The position numbers and the translations under genes are program-made. A stretch of DNA of 64,000 nt, taken from positions 97,037-161,036 of the forward strand of contig JBDRQE010000042.1 in the NCBI GenBank assembly GCA_043826415.1, given 5' to 3'. Source of the DNA: Pseudomonadota bacterium (GTDB taxonomy: Bacteria > Desulfobacterota > Desulfobulbia > Desulfobulbales > Desulfocapsaceae). Shown one piece after another: positions 27,732 to 35,671 of this stretch; the first letter of the stretch is position 1; the number at the start of each line of letters is the position of its first letter. The notes under the pieces are model-generated. The model had not been told where the DNA came from, did no database searches, and saw only the letters and a program-made list of their open reading frames with translations.

Positions 27732-28586
27732 TCATGTCAGGGAAAGCAGATAGGTACGCAGATTCTTGGACCGATCGTGCAGCCCCAGTTTACGGCGCAG
27801 ATTTTTACGATGAAAGCTGACCGTACTTACTGACACGCCCAAGACATCGGCTATCTCCTGGCTGCTCTTTCCCGGACGAATCAGAGCCGCCACATCAAGC
27901 TCCTGGGGAGTCAACAGAAGATTGAGGGAGGAAAGTCGATATAAAAAAGGAGTGATTATGGTATTGAGATTGCTCTCAATGATATCAATCAATGTCCGCT
28001 CCCGATCTCCCCTCAGGCGACCTCTCAGCTTCTCAGTATAAGGCAGTACCAATTCGCGAATATTGGAGACCACCCGTTGTTCCAACTCCTCCGACCCTCG
28101 CTCACGGTGTTCAAGCAGTACCTTGAGGGCGACGTTCATATCCTCCAGCTTTTCACTCTTCTGCCGCAGTTCATCCTCTTTCCGGCGGAGCTCTTCCTGC
28201 GCCAGGACTATAGGGGTTATATCCTCATGCACAACAAGAACCCGATGTTCCACCTCCGAGAGATAGGGTAGAACCCGGAGATTGAACCACTGACGCCTGG
28301 TCGGCGAGTGACAGGGATACTGGATGACAAATTCCCCAATTTCTCCAGCCAGTATCTCTTGTATGCCGGCAGCAACAAGAGCTCCTTCCTCCTCACCACT
28401 TGCACTCGCCACCTCACAGACAGCAAGGTAATTCACGCCAATGCAGTCGGGGTATTCCATCATTCCATTGTGGACAGCAAATTCCTGCCAGGCACGGTTG
28501 GTTTGAATAATCACCCCCTGGTCATCCAGAACGGCAACATGGGCAGAAAGAGAATTAACAATAATCTCATAGATGCTATTTTTCAT
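27732..28586 (-). CDS. PAS domain - LuxR/GerE-type HTH transcriptional regulator
   Basis: The C-terminus LTPQELDVAALIRPGKSSQEIADVLGVSVSTVSFHRKNLRRKLG is a LuxR-type HTH. An N-terminal PAS domain and a coiled coil precede it. The ATG at 28586 follows GGTGGAG. Confidence 0.8.
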   Translation of the reverse strand: MKNSIYEIIVNSLSAHVAVLDDQGVIIQTNRAWQEFAVHNGMMEYPDCIGVNYLAVCEVASASGEEEGALVAAGIQEILAGEIGEFVIQYPCHSPTRRQWFNLRVLPYLSEVEHRVLVVHEDITPIVLAQEELRRKEDELRQKSEKLEDMNVALKVLLEHRERGSEELEQRVVSNIRELVLPYTEKLRGRLRGDRERTLIDIIESNLNTIITPFLYRLSSLNLLLTPQELDVAALIRPGKSSQEIADVLGVSVSTVSFHRKNLRRKLGLHDRSKNLRTYLLSLT

Positions 28587-28787
28587 CACACTCCACCTGA
28601 TGATGGTTTTCACTATCATTTATTCCAAATTTAACTATCATTGCTATCTTAATTATCAAAGCTTATTTTTAAAGTAAAGATGAAAATCTCCACCGGACAA
28701 GGATGAAGGAGAAGCTGGACAATATTGGTTGCCCGGGGCTCTCTCCCACAAAGTGTTTTGATACAGGGAGCAGTAGAAGAAGATGTC

Positions 28788-29054
28788 ATGGAAAAAAAAT
28801 ATGATGAGACCCTTTACAATATCATACACTTTTATACAGACAAGATTGCCGCCGATCCAGAAGGCATACTTGACCAGGTAAAACAGGAACTGCAGAGCCA
28901 GTGGGTAAGGCTTGGCAATGACTGGACAGGAAGAGGGGGTCGTAATGGGATATACCATACTCACGGCAACCATATCAGCCTTAGACATTGTCAGAGCCTC
29001 ATGCCTGCAAAAACTAGAGAACAGCAACCATCACAAGGAGAACAAATAGAATGA
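28788..29054 (+). CDS. Hypothetical small protein (88 aa)
   Basis: Its stop overlaps the next gene's start as ATGA (29051-29054), which suggests translational coupling. There is no good SD and no recognisable family. The competing antisense ORF is less plausible. Confidence 0.3.
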   Translation: MEKKYDETLYNIIHFYTDKIAADPEGILDQVKQELQSQWVRLGNDWTGRGGRNGIYHTHGNHISLRHCQSLMPAKTREQQPSQGEQIE

Positions 29055-29446
29055 ATTTATCTAGTTACTTCAAGGAAACGAATGGAACAGGAGTTATGGC
29101 CACCAGTAATAAAAATGGCGTCATAAACACGGCAATTTACTCGAGGCCGCATGTACAGGGAATAGATGAAGTTGCCTTTATCATGCGTGATCGACTTAGC
29201 CATAAGAACCTTGAGGAAGTCAAACATGCAAATTATCTTTTCCTTGAGGATGGACCTGGCTATAGCGGAATTCGTCTTTTTCTGACCAAGCTCGACGAAA
29301 GCACAGACCCGGAACTGATCGCCTCCCTGAGCAGACGTCATCAGAACTCTGAGGAAAACCTGTCACAGGGGGAAAAGTTTCTGGTCCGGTTTAAAGTGGA
29401 TAAAGTGCTCAGCCTCATTGGCGGCGAAGAATTAAGAGTTGAGTGA
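29051..29446 (+). CDS. Pyridoxamine 5'-phosphate oxidase-like (split-barrel flavin-binding) family protein
   Basis: TGVMATSNKNGVINTAIYSRPHV...VAFIMRDRLSHKNL fits the PNPOx-like split-barrel pattern. Length is 131 aa. Confidence 0.55.
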   Translation: MNLSSYFKETNGTGVMATSNKNGVINTAIYSRPHVQGIDEVAFIMRDRLSHKNLEEVKHANYLFLEDGPGYSGIRLFLTKLDESTDPELIASLSRRHQNSEENLSQGEKFLVRFKVDKVLSLIGGEELRVE

Positions 29447-29530
29447 GTGGAGCGGCCAATGAGGCCGCCTGAGAGAAGATGATTTGAGGCAAGTGTCCCA
29501 ACGATCCCCTGTCAATCCCTGGAGGAGAGT

Positions 29531-30343
29531 ATGCATCACAACCCGGAAGTATCAGCACGGTCTGTCTTATATATTTCCCATGGGGGAGGCCCCTTGCCGT
29601 TACTGGGAGAGCTCTCCCACCAGGAGATGGTCGCTGGTCTGCAAAAGATTGTAACCCTTCTGCCCAAGCCATCGGCTATCGTCCTCATCAGCGCCCATTG
29701 GGAAGAAGAGCAGGCAACCGTTACCAGTGGGACGAATCCTGCACTGCTCTACGATTACTCCGGATTTCCTCAGGAATCCTATGAAATAAAGTATCCCGCA
29801 CCGGGAAAGCCGACACTTGCCCGAGAGATCTGCAACCTCCTGGGAAAAAAGGGGAGGCAAGCTGTTCTGAATGAGAAAAGAGGTTTTGACCATGGCCTGT
29901 TTGTTCCACTGAAAATCATGTATCCAGATGCCGATATCCCCTGTGTCCAGCTGTCTTTGCTCAAAAACCTTGATCCAGATGAACATATTGAGCTCGGCAA
30001 GGCTCTGACCGGCTTACAAGAAGAAAACATTCTTATCATAGGTTCCGGTTTCTCATTCCACAACATGAGAGCGTTTTTTTCACCCTCGACAGAGGCGATA
30101 GATTCGATGAATGAATCTTTTGAGCAGTGGTTGATCGAGACATGTTCAAGTCCTGTACTCAATGAAAATGAGCGGGAAGAAAGGTTGATCAACTGGGAAC
30201 GTGCACCGGCTGCACGATTTTGCCACCCGAGAGAAGAGCACTTGTTGCCATTACATGTCTGTTATGGTGTGGCCCAGTCACCGGCAAAGCATGTCTTTCC
30301 ATGGCAGGTACTGGGAAGGCGGGTCAGCGCCTATCTCTGGTGA
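29531..30343 (+). CDS. Class III extradiol dioxygenase, 4,5-DOPA dioxygenase (YgiD-like)
   Basis: YISHGGGPLPLLG, LISAHWEE, DHGLFVPL, GSGFSFHN and EHLLPL motifs are present. GGAGGAG precedes the ATG. Confidence 0.82.
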   Translation: MHHNPEVSARSVLYISHGGGPLPLLGELSHQEMVAGLQKIVTLLPKPSAIVLISAHWEEEQATVTSGTNPALLYDYSGFPQESYEIKYPAPGKPTLAREICNLLGKKGRQAVLNEKRGFDHGLFVPLKIMYPDADIPCVQLSLLKNLDPDEHIELGKALTGLQEENILIIGSGFSFHNMRAFFSPSTEAIDSMNESFEQWLIETCSSPVLNENEREERLINWERAPAARFCHPREEHLLPLHVCYGVAQSPAKHVFPWQVLGRRVSAYLW

Positions 30344-30424
30344 CACTCCACCTAAACTCCCGCAGGATCAATGAGTAGCCGCTGCCTGAACAGTGAGTCG
30401 CTGCCGCACACAAGAGGAACGTGC

Positions 30425-30850
30425 ATGAATGAACTGACTGAAATACAGATAAGTGTTGACAGCGGACTTTTCATTCTGATCTGGCTCGTCCAGCTCATCA
30501 TCTATCCCTCTTTCCGTTACACGAAAGCGGAAGATTTCATCCAGTGGCATAGCCGTTACACCTTCCTGATGGGTTTGATTGTCAGTCCGCTCATGCTGAT
30601 CCAGGTGGGGATAGAGGGATTTTTCCTCTGCCGGGGCGAGATCCGCTGGTGGCGCCTTGCCACCATTGCCCTGATCTGGCTGGCCACATTCACCCTTGCA
30701 GTACCCTGTCACAGACAACTTCAACATCACGGCAAGGTATTATCGACCATCGACCGACTGGTGATCACCAACTGGCTCAGGACCGTGCTCTGGAGCCTGT
30801 TGTTTTTCAACACCGTATTTGCAGCATATAACCTGCCATTATTACCTTAG
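30425..30850 (+). CDS. Hypothetical 4-TM membrane protein
   Basis: Four hydrophobic segments are visible. The ATG at 30425 follows AGAGGA. I cannot assign a family. Confidence 0.5.
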   Translation: MNELTEIQISVDSGLFILIWLVQLIIYPSFRYTKAEDFIQWHSRYTFLMGLIVSPLMLIQVGIEGFFLCRGEIRWWRLATIALIWLATFTLAVPCHRQLQHHGKVLSTIDRLVITNWLRTVLWSLLFFNTVFAAYNLPLLP

Positions 30851-31023
30851 GAGACCTGTCCATGGAACAGCCATTCCCCGTTCAACTCAGTGATCTCTCC
30901 GACAGTGGTCGCGGCAGAGAGATCCTGTGACAGGCAGACACCGACCAACACCACCGCCTCGCCTTGTGACCGCGCGGCATGCGCCCTGCTTGCATTCACA
31001 AATCTTTGGTTAAGAGTATTCCC

Positions 31024-32397
31024 ATGTTATTCAGATACATCGTGGACCAGGAGCGCGGCCGCCTTTTGCAAAACGGCCGCAAAGGTGAGGGGCCGGTTAT
31101 CTACTGGATGGGCAGGGATCAAAGGGCTCATGACAACTGGGCCCTGCTCTTTGCTCAGGAACGGGCCTTAGCACTGCAGCGGCCCTTGATCGTCCTGTTC
31201 TGCCTGGACATGAGCAGCCCCGCTGCCACTCTCCGCCATTACGGCTTTCTCATCCGAGGTTTAGGCGAATTGCAGGCTCGACTTGCCGAGCACGCCATCC
31301 CCTTTTTCCTTCTCCAGGGTGATCCGCCCCGGACCCTGCCGGACGTTCTCAAGGAAGAGGACCCTGCCCTGCTGGTCATGGATTTTGATCCTCTGCAGAT
31401 AACACAACAATGGAAGAAGGCTGTTGTCCACCAGTGCGAGTGCCCAGTCTACGAGGTTGATGCCCACAATATCGTCCCCTGCTGGCTGGCTTCAGACAAA
31501 CGGGAATATGCCGCTTACACCCTGCGGCCAAAGATACAAAAACTGCTGCCCCGTTTTCTCACCGATTTTCCTGCACTTGCAGTCCACCCCTACAAGGCTG
31601 CGCGTCACGACAATAAACTGCTTGCTGTGCATGCATTACTGGGCTTCATCAAGGATCAATCCGTTGACGAAGTGACCTGGCTGAAACCCGGAGAGCAGGC
31701 CGCCTGGAAGACTTTTACTGATTTTCACCCGCATCTCCTGCAATCCTACCCCACAGACCGGAACAACCCCTGCCTCGATGGCCAGTCCAACCTGTCACCC
31801 TATTTTCACTTTGGCCAGCTTGCACCCCAACGGGTAGCCTGGGACATATGGCAGAGTGACACGGACCAGGAAGCCAAGGACGCCTACCTTGAAGAACTGA
31901 TCATCCGCCGGGAACTGGCGGATAATTTTTGCCATTACACGGCTGACTATGACCGCACCAGCGCCTTTCCCGACTGGGCTCGCACAAGCCTCACCGCCCA
32001 CCGGCAAGACCCGCGTCCCTTTATTGCCGACCTTCAGACCCTGGAGAGTGGCGCCACCGGAGATGTGCTCTGGAACGGCTGTCAACGGGAGTTGACAGGA
32101 CGGGGGAAGCTGCATGGCTACCTGCGCATGTACTGGGCCAAAAAGATCCTGGAATGGTCCGCCTCACCGGAAGAGGCCATGTTCAATGCCATTTATCTCA
32201 ACGACAGATACTCTCTCGATGGACGTGATGCCAACGGATATGCCGGAATCGCCTGGAGTATTGGCGGCGTTCATGACCGGGCCTGGCAGGAACGAGCTAT
32301 CTTCGGGAAGATACGATATATGAACCAGAACGGCTGCAAAAGAAAATTCAGCATCTCTGAATATTTACAACGGGTCGACTCGCTCACATCGAAATGA
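31024..32397 (+). CDS. phr: Class II CPD deoxyribodipyrimidine photolyase
   Basis: GPVIYWMGRDQRAHDNWALLFAQ...VDAHNIVPCW...EYAAYTLRPKI...GYLRMYWAKKILEW match class II photolyases nearly residue for residue. The start at 31024 is favoured over 30979 by N-terminal length, and neither has a clear SD. Confidence 0.9.
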   Translation: MLFRYIVDQERGRLLQNGRKGEGPVIYWMGRDQRAHDNWALLFAQERALALQRPLIVLFCLDMSSPAATLRHYGFLIRGLGELQARLAEHAIPFFLLQGDPPRTLPDVLKEEDPALLVMDFDPLQITQQWKKAVVHQCECPVYEVDAHNIVPCWLASDKREYAAYTLRPKIQKLLPRFLTDFPALAVHPYKAARHDNKLLAVHALLGFIKDQSVDEVTWLKPGEQAAWKTFTDFHPHLLQSYPTDRNNPCLDGQSNLSPYFHFGQLAPQRVAWDIWQSDTDQEAKDAYLEELIIRRELADNFCHYTADYDRTSAFPDWARTSLTAHRQDPRPFIADLQTLESGATGDVLWNGCQRELTGRGKLHGYLRMYWAKKILEWSASPEEAMFNAIYLNDRYSLDGRDANGYAGIAWSIGGVHDRAWQERAIFGKIRYMNQNGCKRKFSISEYLQRVDSLTSK

Positions 32398-33357
32398 TCA
32401 GGACACTCTGCGGATCAATCGTTGAATATCTGGAACAAGCTTGAAGACAGGAGACCAGAGCTGACAACCGGCCTCCTGCAAAAGAAGATCATCCACGGGA
32501 ACACCCTGGCCGCCGACAACAAAGAGAAAAGGATGCCTTCTGACCAAGGCCGCGAGCGCAGAACGATATTTCCGGTATCTTGCTGAGTCACTTACTGATA
32601 ACCAGACACTCGACGGCTGCAGTTGATCTACGGTCTGTTCAAGATCGGCCAGGGGTAATGCCGCCCCGAGATAAACGACATCACAGCCCTCACGGGTCAG
32701 GGCATAGGCGACGACAAGCAGCCCTATCCTGTGTTCATCACCGGGAAAGCAACTGCAGACAACCGTTGACTGCGCCCCGTTAGTTCCGGGTCTTGCCCTG
32801 CGGGCCTGATCAATGCAGTTGTGCAGGTAATGTTCTATCATGCAGCTGACAAGGTGTTCACCGGCCACACCGACCCTGCCGGCAAGATACGATTCACCGA
32901 TCACGACCATGGCCGGAACGAAGACATCGTACACCACCTGATCCGGACTGAGTTCCAGCAGGGCACGATCGAGGGCAGCGCGGAGCTTCAGGGCATCAAC
33001 ATCTTGAGCGGCAGCAAGCAGGGGGGCGATATAGCCGGCCGGCACGGTTGCCTCCGGCTCTCTGAGGGATGCAGTCGCTCCATCTTTGTCTCCAGGCCCG
33101 CCCTTGCTCCTGACCTGCCGCAAAAGCTGCTCCCGTCCAAGTAAGGCCAGTTCTCCAATGCGATGACCACCGGCAACAAGCTGCGCAACAGAGCAGACCA
33201 GAAGCACATCCTCATGACTGTACAGACGATGCCCCCCAGCTCCTCGCTGTGGAGCCCACAGGCCATACCTTTTTTCCCAGACCCGTAAAAGGGTCGGCGA
33301 GACTCCGCTCTTTCTGGCCAGTGTCCCGATTTTGTACCATATTTTATCCTCGGTCAT
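32398..33357 (-). CDS. MerR-family regulator with B12-binding domain (CarH/LitR-type candidate photoreceptor)
   Basis: The MerR HTH reads YKIGTLARKSGVSPTLLRVWEKRYG. The helical-bundle motif is ESYLAGRVGVAGEH (Y-x9-E-H). The Rossmann B12 motif is PGDEHRIGLL (DxHxxG). The ATG at 33357 follows GGAGG. Confidence 0.78.
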   Translation of the reverse strand: MTEDKIWYKIGTLARKSGVSPTLLRVWEKRYGLWAPQRGAGGHRLYSHEDVLLVCSVAQLVAGGHRIGELALLGREQLLRQVRSKGGPGDKDGATASLREPEATVPAGYIAPLLAAAQDVDALKLRAALDRALLELSPDQVVYDVFVPAMVVIGESYLAGRVGVAGEHLVSCMIEHYLHNCIDQARRARPGTNGAQSTVVCSCFPGDEHRIGLLVVAYALTREGCDVVYLGAALPLADLEQTVDQLQPSSVWLSVSDSARYRKYRSALAALVRRHPFLFVVGGQGVPVDDLLLQEAGCQLWSPVFKLVPDIQRLIRRVS

Positions 33358-33892
33358 GCCCTTGCTTCCTCCCCCAGACCATATAGACCGGGTCACTGGC
33401 TGGAATTTCCCAATGCGGATCATCATCCGGTCTGGGCAAACCTCGTCGACTCAAAGTGGCCAGATCCTGAAACCCTGCAGTCCTGTGAAACATCTCCAAA
33501 ACCATACCAAGCCGCTCGAACTCATGCAATTGACTCCAGACCTTGATCGCCTTTGGCGGAAACCAGCGATTTGAAAAGGCCATAGCCAGGACACCACCTG
33601 GCTGCAGGACCCGATAAGTCTTATATCCTGGTGTTGGAGGAGAAAATTGTTCCGGCCTGACAGCTACCAACTTATCCCGTCGATATGGAGGAAAAGAGCC
33701 CGGGGCAACAGGCACCCTCACCCTTTGCCCCTCTGCCTTCCCCTGAAGCGCCACAGCAAGCCCGGGGACAAAACAGTCTCGCCACATATTGACAGAATCA
33801 GCCCACAGACTGTCACTGTGCCGGACCCCGTCAACAGACCATTCCAATGTAAACTCAATTATTGCCCTGCTGTTTTTTTCAATTACCTTCAT
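33344..33892 (-). CDS. Chimeric ORF: SlyD/FKBP-like N-terminal segment joined to the C-terminal part of a class I SAM methyltransferase (possible gene remnant)
   Basis: MKVIEKNSRAIIEFTLEW..FVPGLAVALQGKAEGQRVRVPVAP..RDKLVAVRPEQF follows the SlyD pattern. YRVLQPGGVLAMAFSNRWFP... is the post-motif-II part of a methyltransferase, and no GxGxG motif I is present. The start is uncertain (33892 or 33934). Confidence 0.45.
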   Translation of the reverse strand: MKVIEKNSRAIIEFTLEWSVDGVRHSDSLWADSVNMWRDCFVPGLAVALQGKAEGQRVRVPVAPGSFPPYRRDKLVAVRPEQFSPPTPGYKTYRVLQPGGVLAMAFSNRWFPPKAIKVWSQLHEFERLGMVLEMFHRTAGFQDLATLSRRGLPRPDDDPHWEIPASDPVYMVWGRKQGHDRG

Positions 33893-34024
33893 GACATCCC
33901 TCACGATTGATGAATTTCCGGAATTATTAAACATATCAACCACACACTCAAAGCCCTCTGTCAGACAGAAGATACGCCGCATGCAAAAAAAAACAGATGA
34001 GACACGAAATACAATTATATAAAC

Positions 34025-34109
34025 AAAAATTAGACACCGATCAACACATGTCAACATAAAGCGGAACAAAACATTGACACAAAAACAGCCAGGTCTTACT
34101 GTCAAAGAA
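34025..34109. promoter_or_regulatory. Back-to-back divergent promoter region with three TTGACA/TGTCAA hexamers
   Basis: On the plus strand, TTGACA (34073-34078), 17 nt, then TACTGT (34096-34101), facing the SDR gene. On the minus strand, TTGACA (34053-34048), 16 nt, then TAATTT (34031-34026), facing the FKBP/CarH-like operon. A third TGTCAA lies at 34099-34104. Confidence 0.4.
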
Positions 34110-34167
34110 AAGAAACTTTTCTGATAACATACTTATCCCGCATGCCCGGGTTTGAGGAGAAAATACC

Positions 34168-35058
34168 ATGAAAGCACTGATCACCGGCGGAACAGGATTT
34201 GTCGGGCAGCACCTGGCCCAAAGATTATCAAGTCCAATTATTGCAGGTCGCAATCCAGATAAAATCAAACAGCTATTTACCGGCAGTGAGGTTCGCAAAT
34301 GGGATGGGTCAGCGAGCGCAGGGTCGTCATTTTTTGACGGGGTAGACACCGTGTTCCATCTGGCCGGCGAGTCGATCTTTCAAGGCCGCTGGGATACAGC
34401 GAAAAAAGAACGGATACGGGCCAGCCGTGTAGACGGCACCCGTCATCTGGTGGACCTCATTGCCGGATCTGAAAAGAGGCCGGCAACTCTGATCTCATCT
34501 TCCGCGGTGGGCTATTACGGCTCACGCAAAGACGAAAAATTGCATGAAGGCTCAACCCCTGGAGATGATTTCCTTGCCAAGGTCTGCCTGGAATGGGAAA
34601 AAGAGGCAATGCGCGCACAAGAATACGGAGTCCGAGTGGTCCTGATCCGCACGGGGGTCGTGCTGGGTAAAAACGGCGGGGCTCTGGCACAGATGCTGCC
34701 CCCGTTTCAGCTGGGACTGGGTGGCAGACTGGGAAGCGGCAGGCAATACATGTCCTGGATCCATATGGATGATCTTACCGCAATCATGCTCTATGCGCAG
34801 GAGAATACAAATCTGCAGGGCCCGATCAATGCGGTGGCGCCCAACCCGATCACCAACCACGAATTCACCCGCAGTCTGGCAAGATCCCTGGGCCGCCCGG
34901 CTCTTCTGCCTGTGCCCGGCTTCGCCCTCAAGATCGCCCTGGGCGAGGTTGCAGATGTCCTGTTGGGCTCTCAGCGCGTTATCCCGGAGGCCCTGCAACA
35001 GGCTGGTTACACCCATGCCTTTCCGGACATCAAGGTTGCCCTCCGAAACCTGCTGTAA
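34168..35058 (+). CDS. TIGR01777/YfcH-type NAD-dependent epimerase/dehydratase family protein (SDR with DUF1731 C-terminus)
   Basis: MKALITGGTGFVGQHL is a Rossmann motif. YGSR...E, a C-terminal QRVIPEALQQAGYTHAFPDI and the 296-aa length are typical of the family. Confidence 0.82.
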   Translation: MKALITGGTGFVGQHLAQRLSSPIIAGRNPDKIKQLFTGSEVRKWDGSASAGSSFFDGVDTVFHLAGESIFQGRWDTAKKERIRASRVDGTRHLVDLIAGSEKRPATLISSSAVGYYGSRKDEKLHEGSTPGDDFLAKVCLEWEKEAMRAQEYGVRVVLIRTGVVLGKNGGALAQMLPPFQLGLGGRLGSGRQYMSWIHMDDLTAIMLYAQENTNLQGPINAVAPNPITNHEFTRSLARSLGRPALLPVPGFALKIALGEVADVLLGSQRVIPEALQQAGYTHAFPDIKVALRNLL

Positions 35059-35254
35059 AATCCGGGATCCTCGGCTGGCAGTCACATCCCCATAAAGAAT
35101 AGAGCTGTTGTCTTATCAATTAGGATTGATTCTCACCATATTTTTTGTTAAGTAATTTCCTCGACAATCATCTATCTATTTTTACCAAGATATGTCTCCG
35201 GCTCTGCCGGGATACATGCAACTGGAAATCAACCACGCTGAAAGGAGTTTTCTC

Positions 35255-35623
35255 ATGTCCAGAACCGATGAACTGAACCAGGCCTTATCAAATTTACAGG
35301 CCGCCTCCGCCGACATTGAGGCCTGCGCGGTGGTCTCCGAAGATGGCCTGACCATCGCCAGCTCTCTTCCCCAGAATATGGAGGAGGAACGCATTGCCGC
35401 CATGTGCGCGGTCATGCTCTCCATGGGGGGCAGAACCGCCAAAGAGCTGCAACGCGGAGAACTCGATCAACTCTTTGTCAAAGGGAAGAACGGGTATGTC
35501 ATCATCAGCCATGCCGGGGAACACGCCTCACTGATAGCCATCACCCGTAAGGAAGCAAAACTCGGCCTGATCTTCCTCGACATGTCGCGGACTGCCGCTG
35601 AAATCGCCAACATCCTGGCATAG
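35255..35623 (+). CDS. Roadblock/LC7 (MglB-like) domain protein
   Basis: IEACAVVSEDGLTIASS...RIAAMCAVMLSMGGRTAKEL..GELDQLFVKGKNGYVIISHAG fits Roadblock/LC7. AAAGGAG lies 7 nt before the ATG at 35255. Confidence 0.75.
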   Translation: MSRTDELNQALSNLQAASADIEACAVVSEDGLTIASSLPQNMEEERIAAMCAVMLSMGGRTAKELQRGELDQLFVKGKNGYVIISHAGEHASLIAITRKEAKLGLIFLDMSRTAAEIANILA

Positions 35624-35671
35624 CTAACTCCCCTGACTTTCCCGTCCTTACAGCATAGCAAGGAATTAAAC

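Noticed and set aside
33893-34105. N-terminal 71-aa extension of the FKBP-like ORF (MTVRPGCFCVNVLFRF...).
   Set aside because: It runs through the AT-rich divergent promoter region and has an implausible Cys/Phe/Val-rich sequence. The ATG at 33892 is preceded by GAGGGA.
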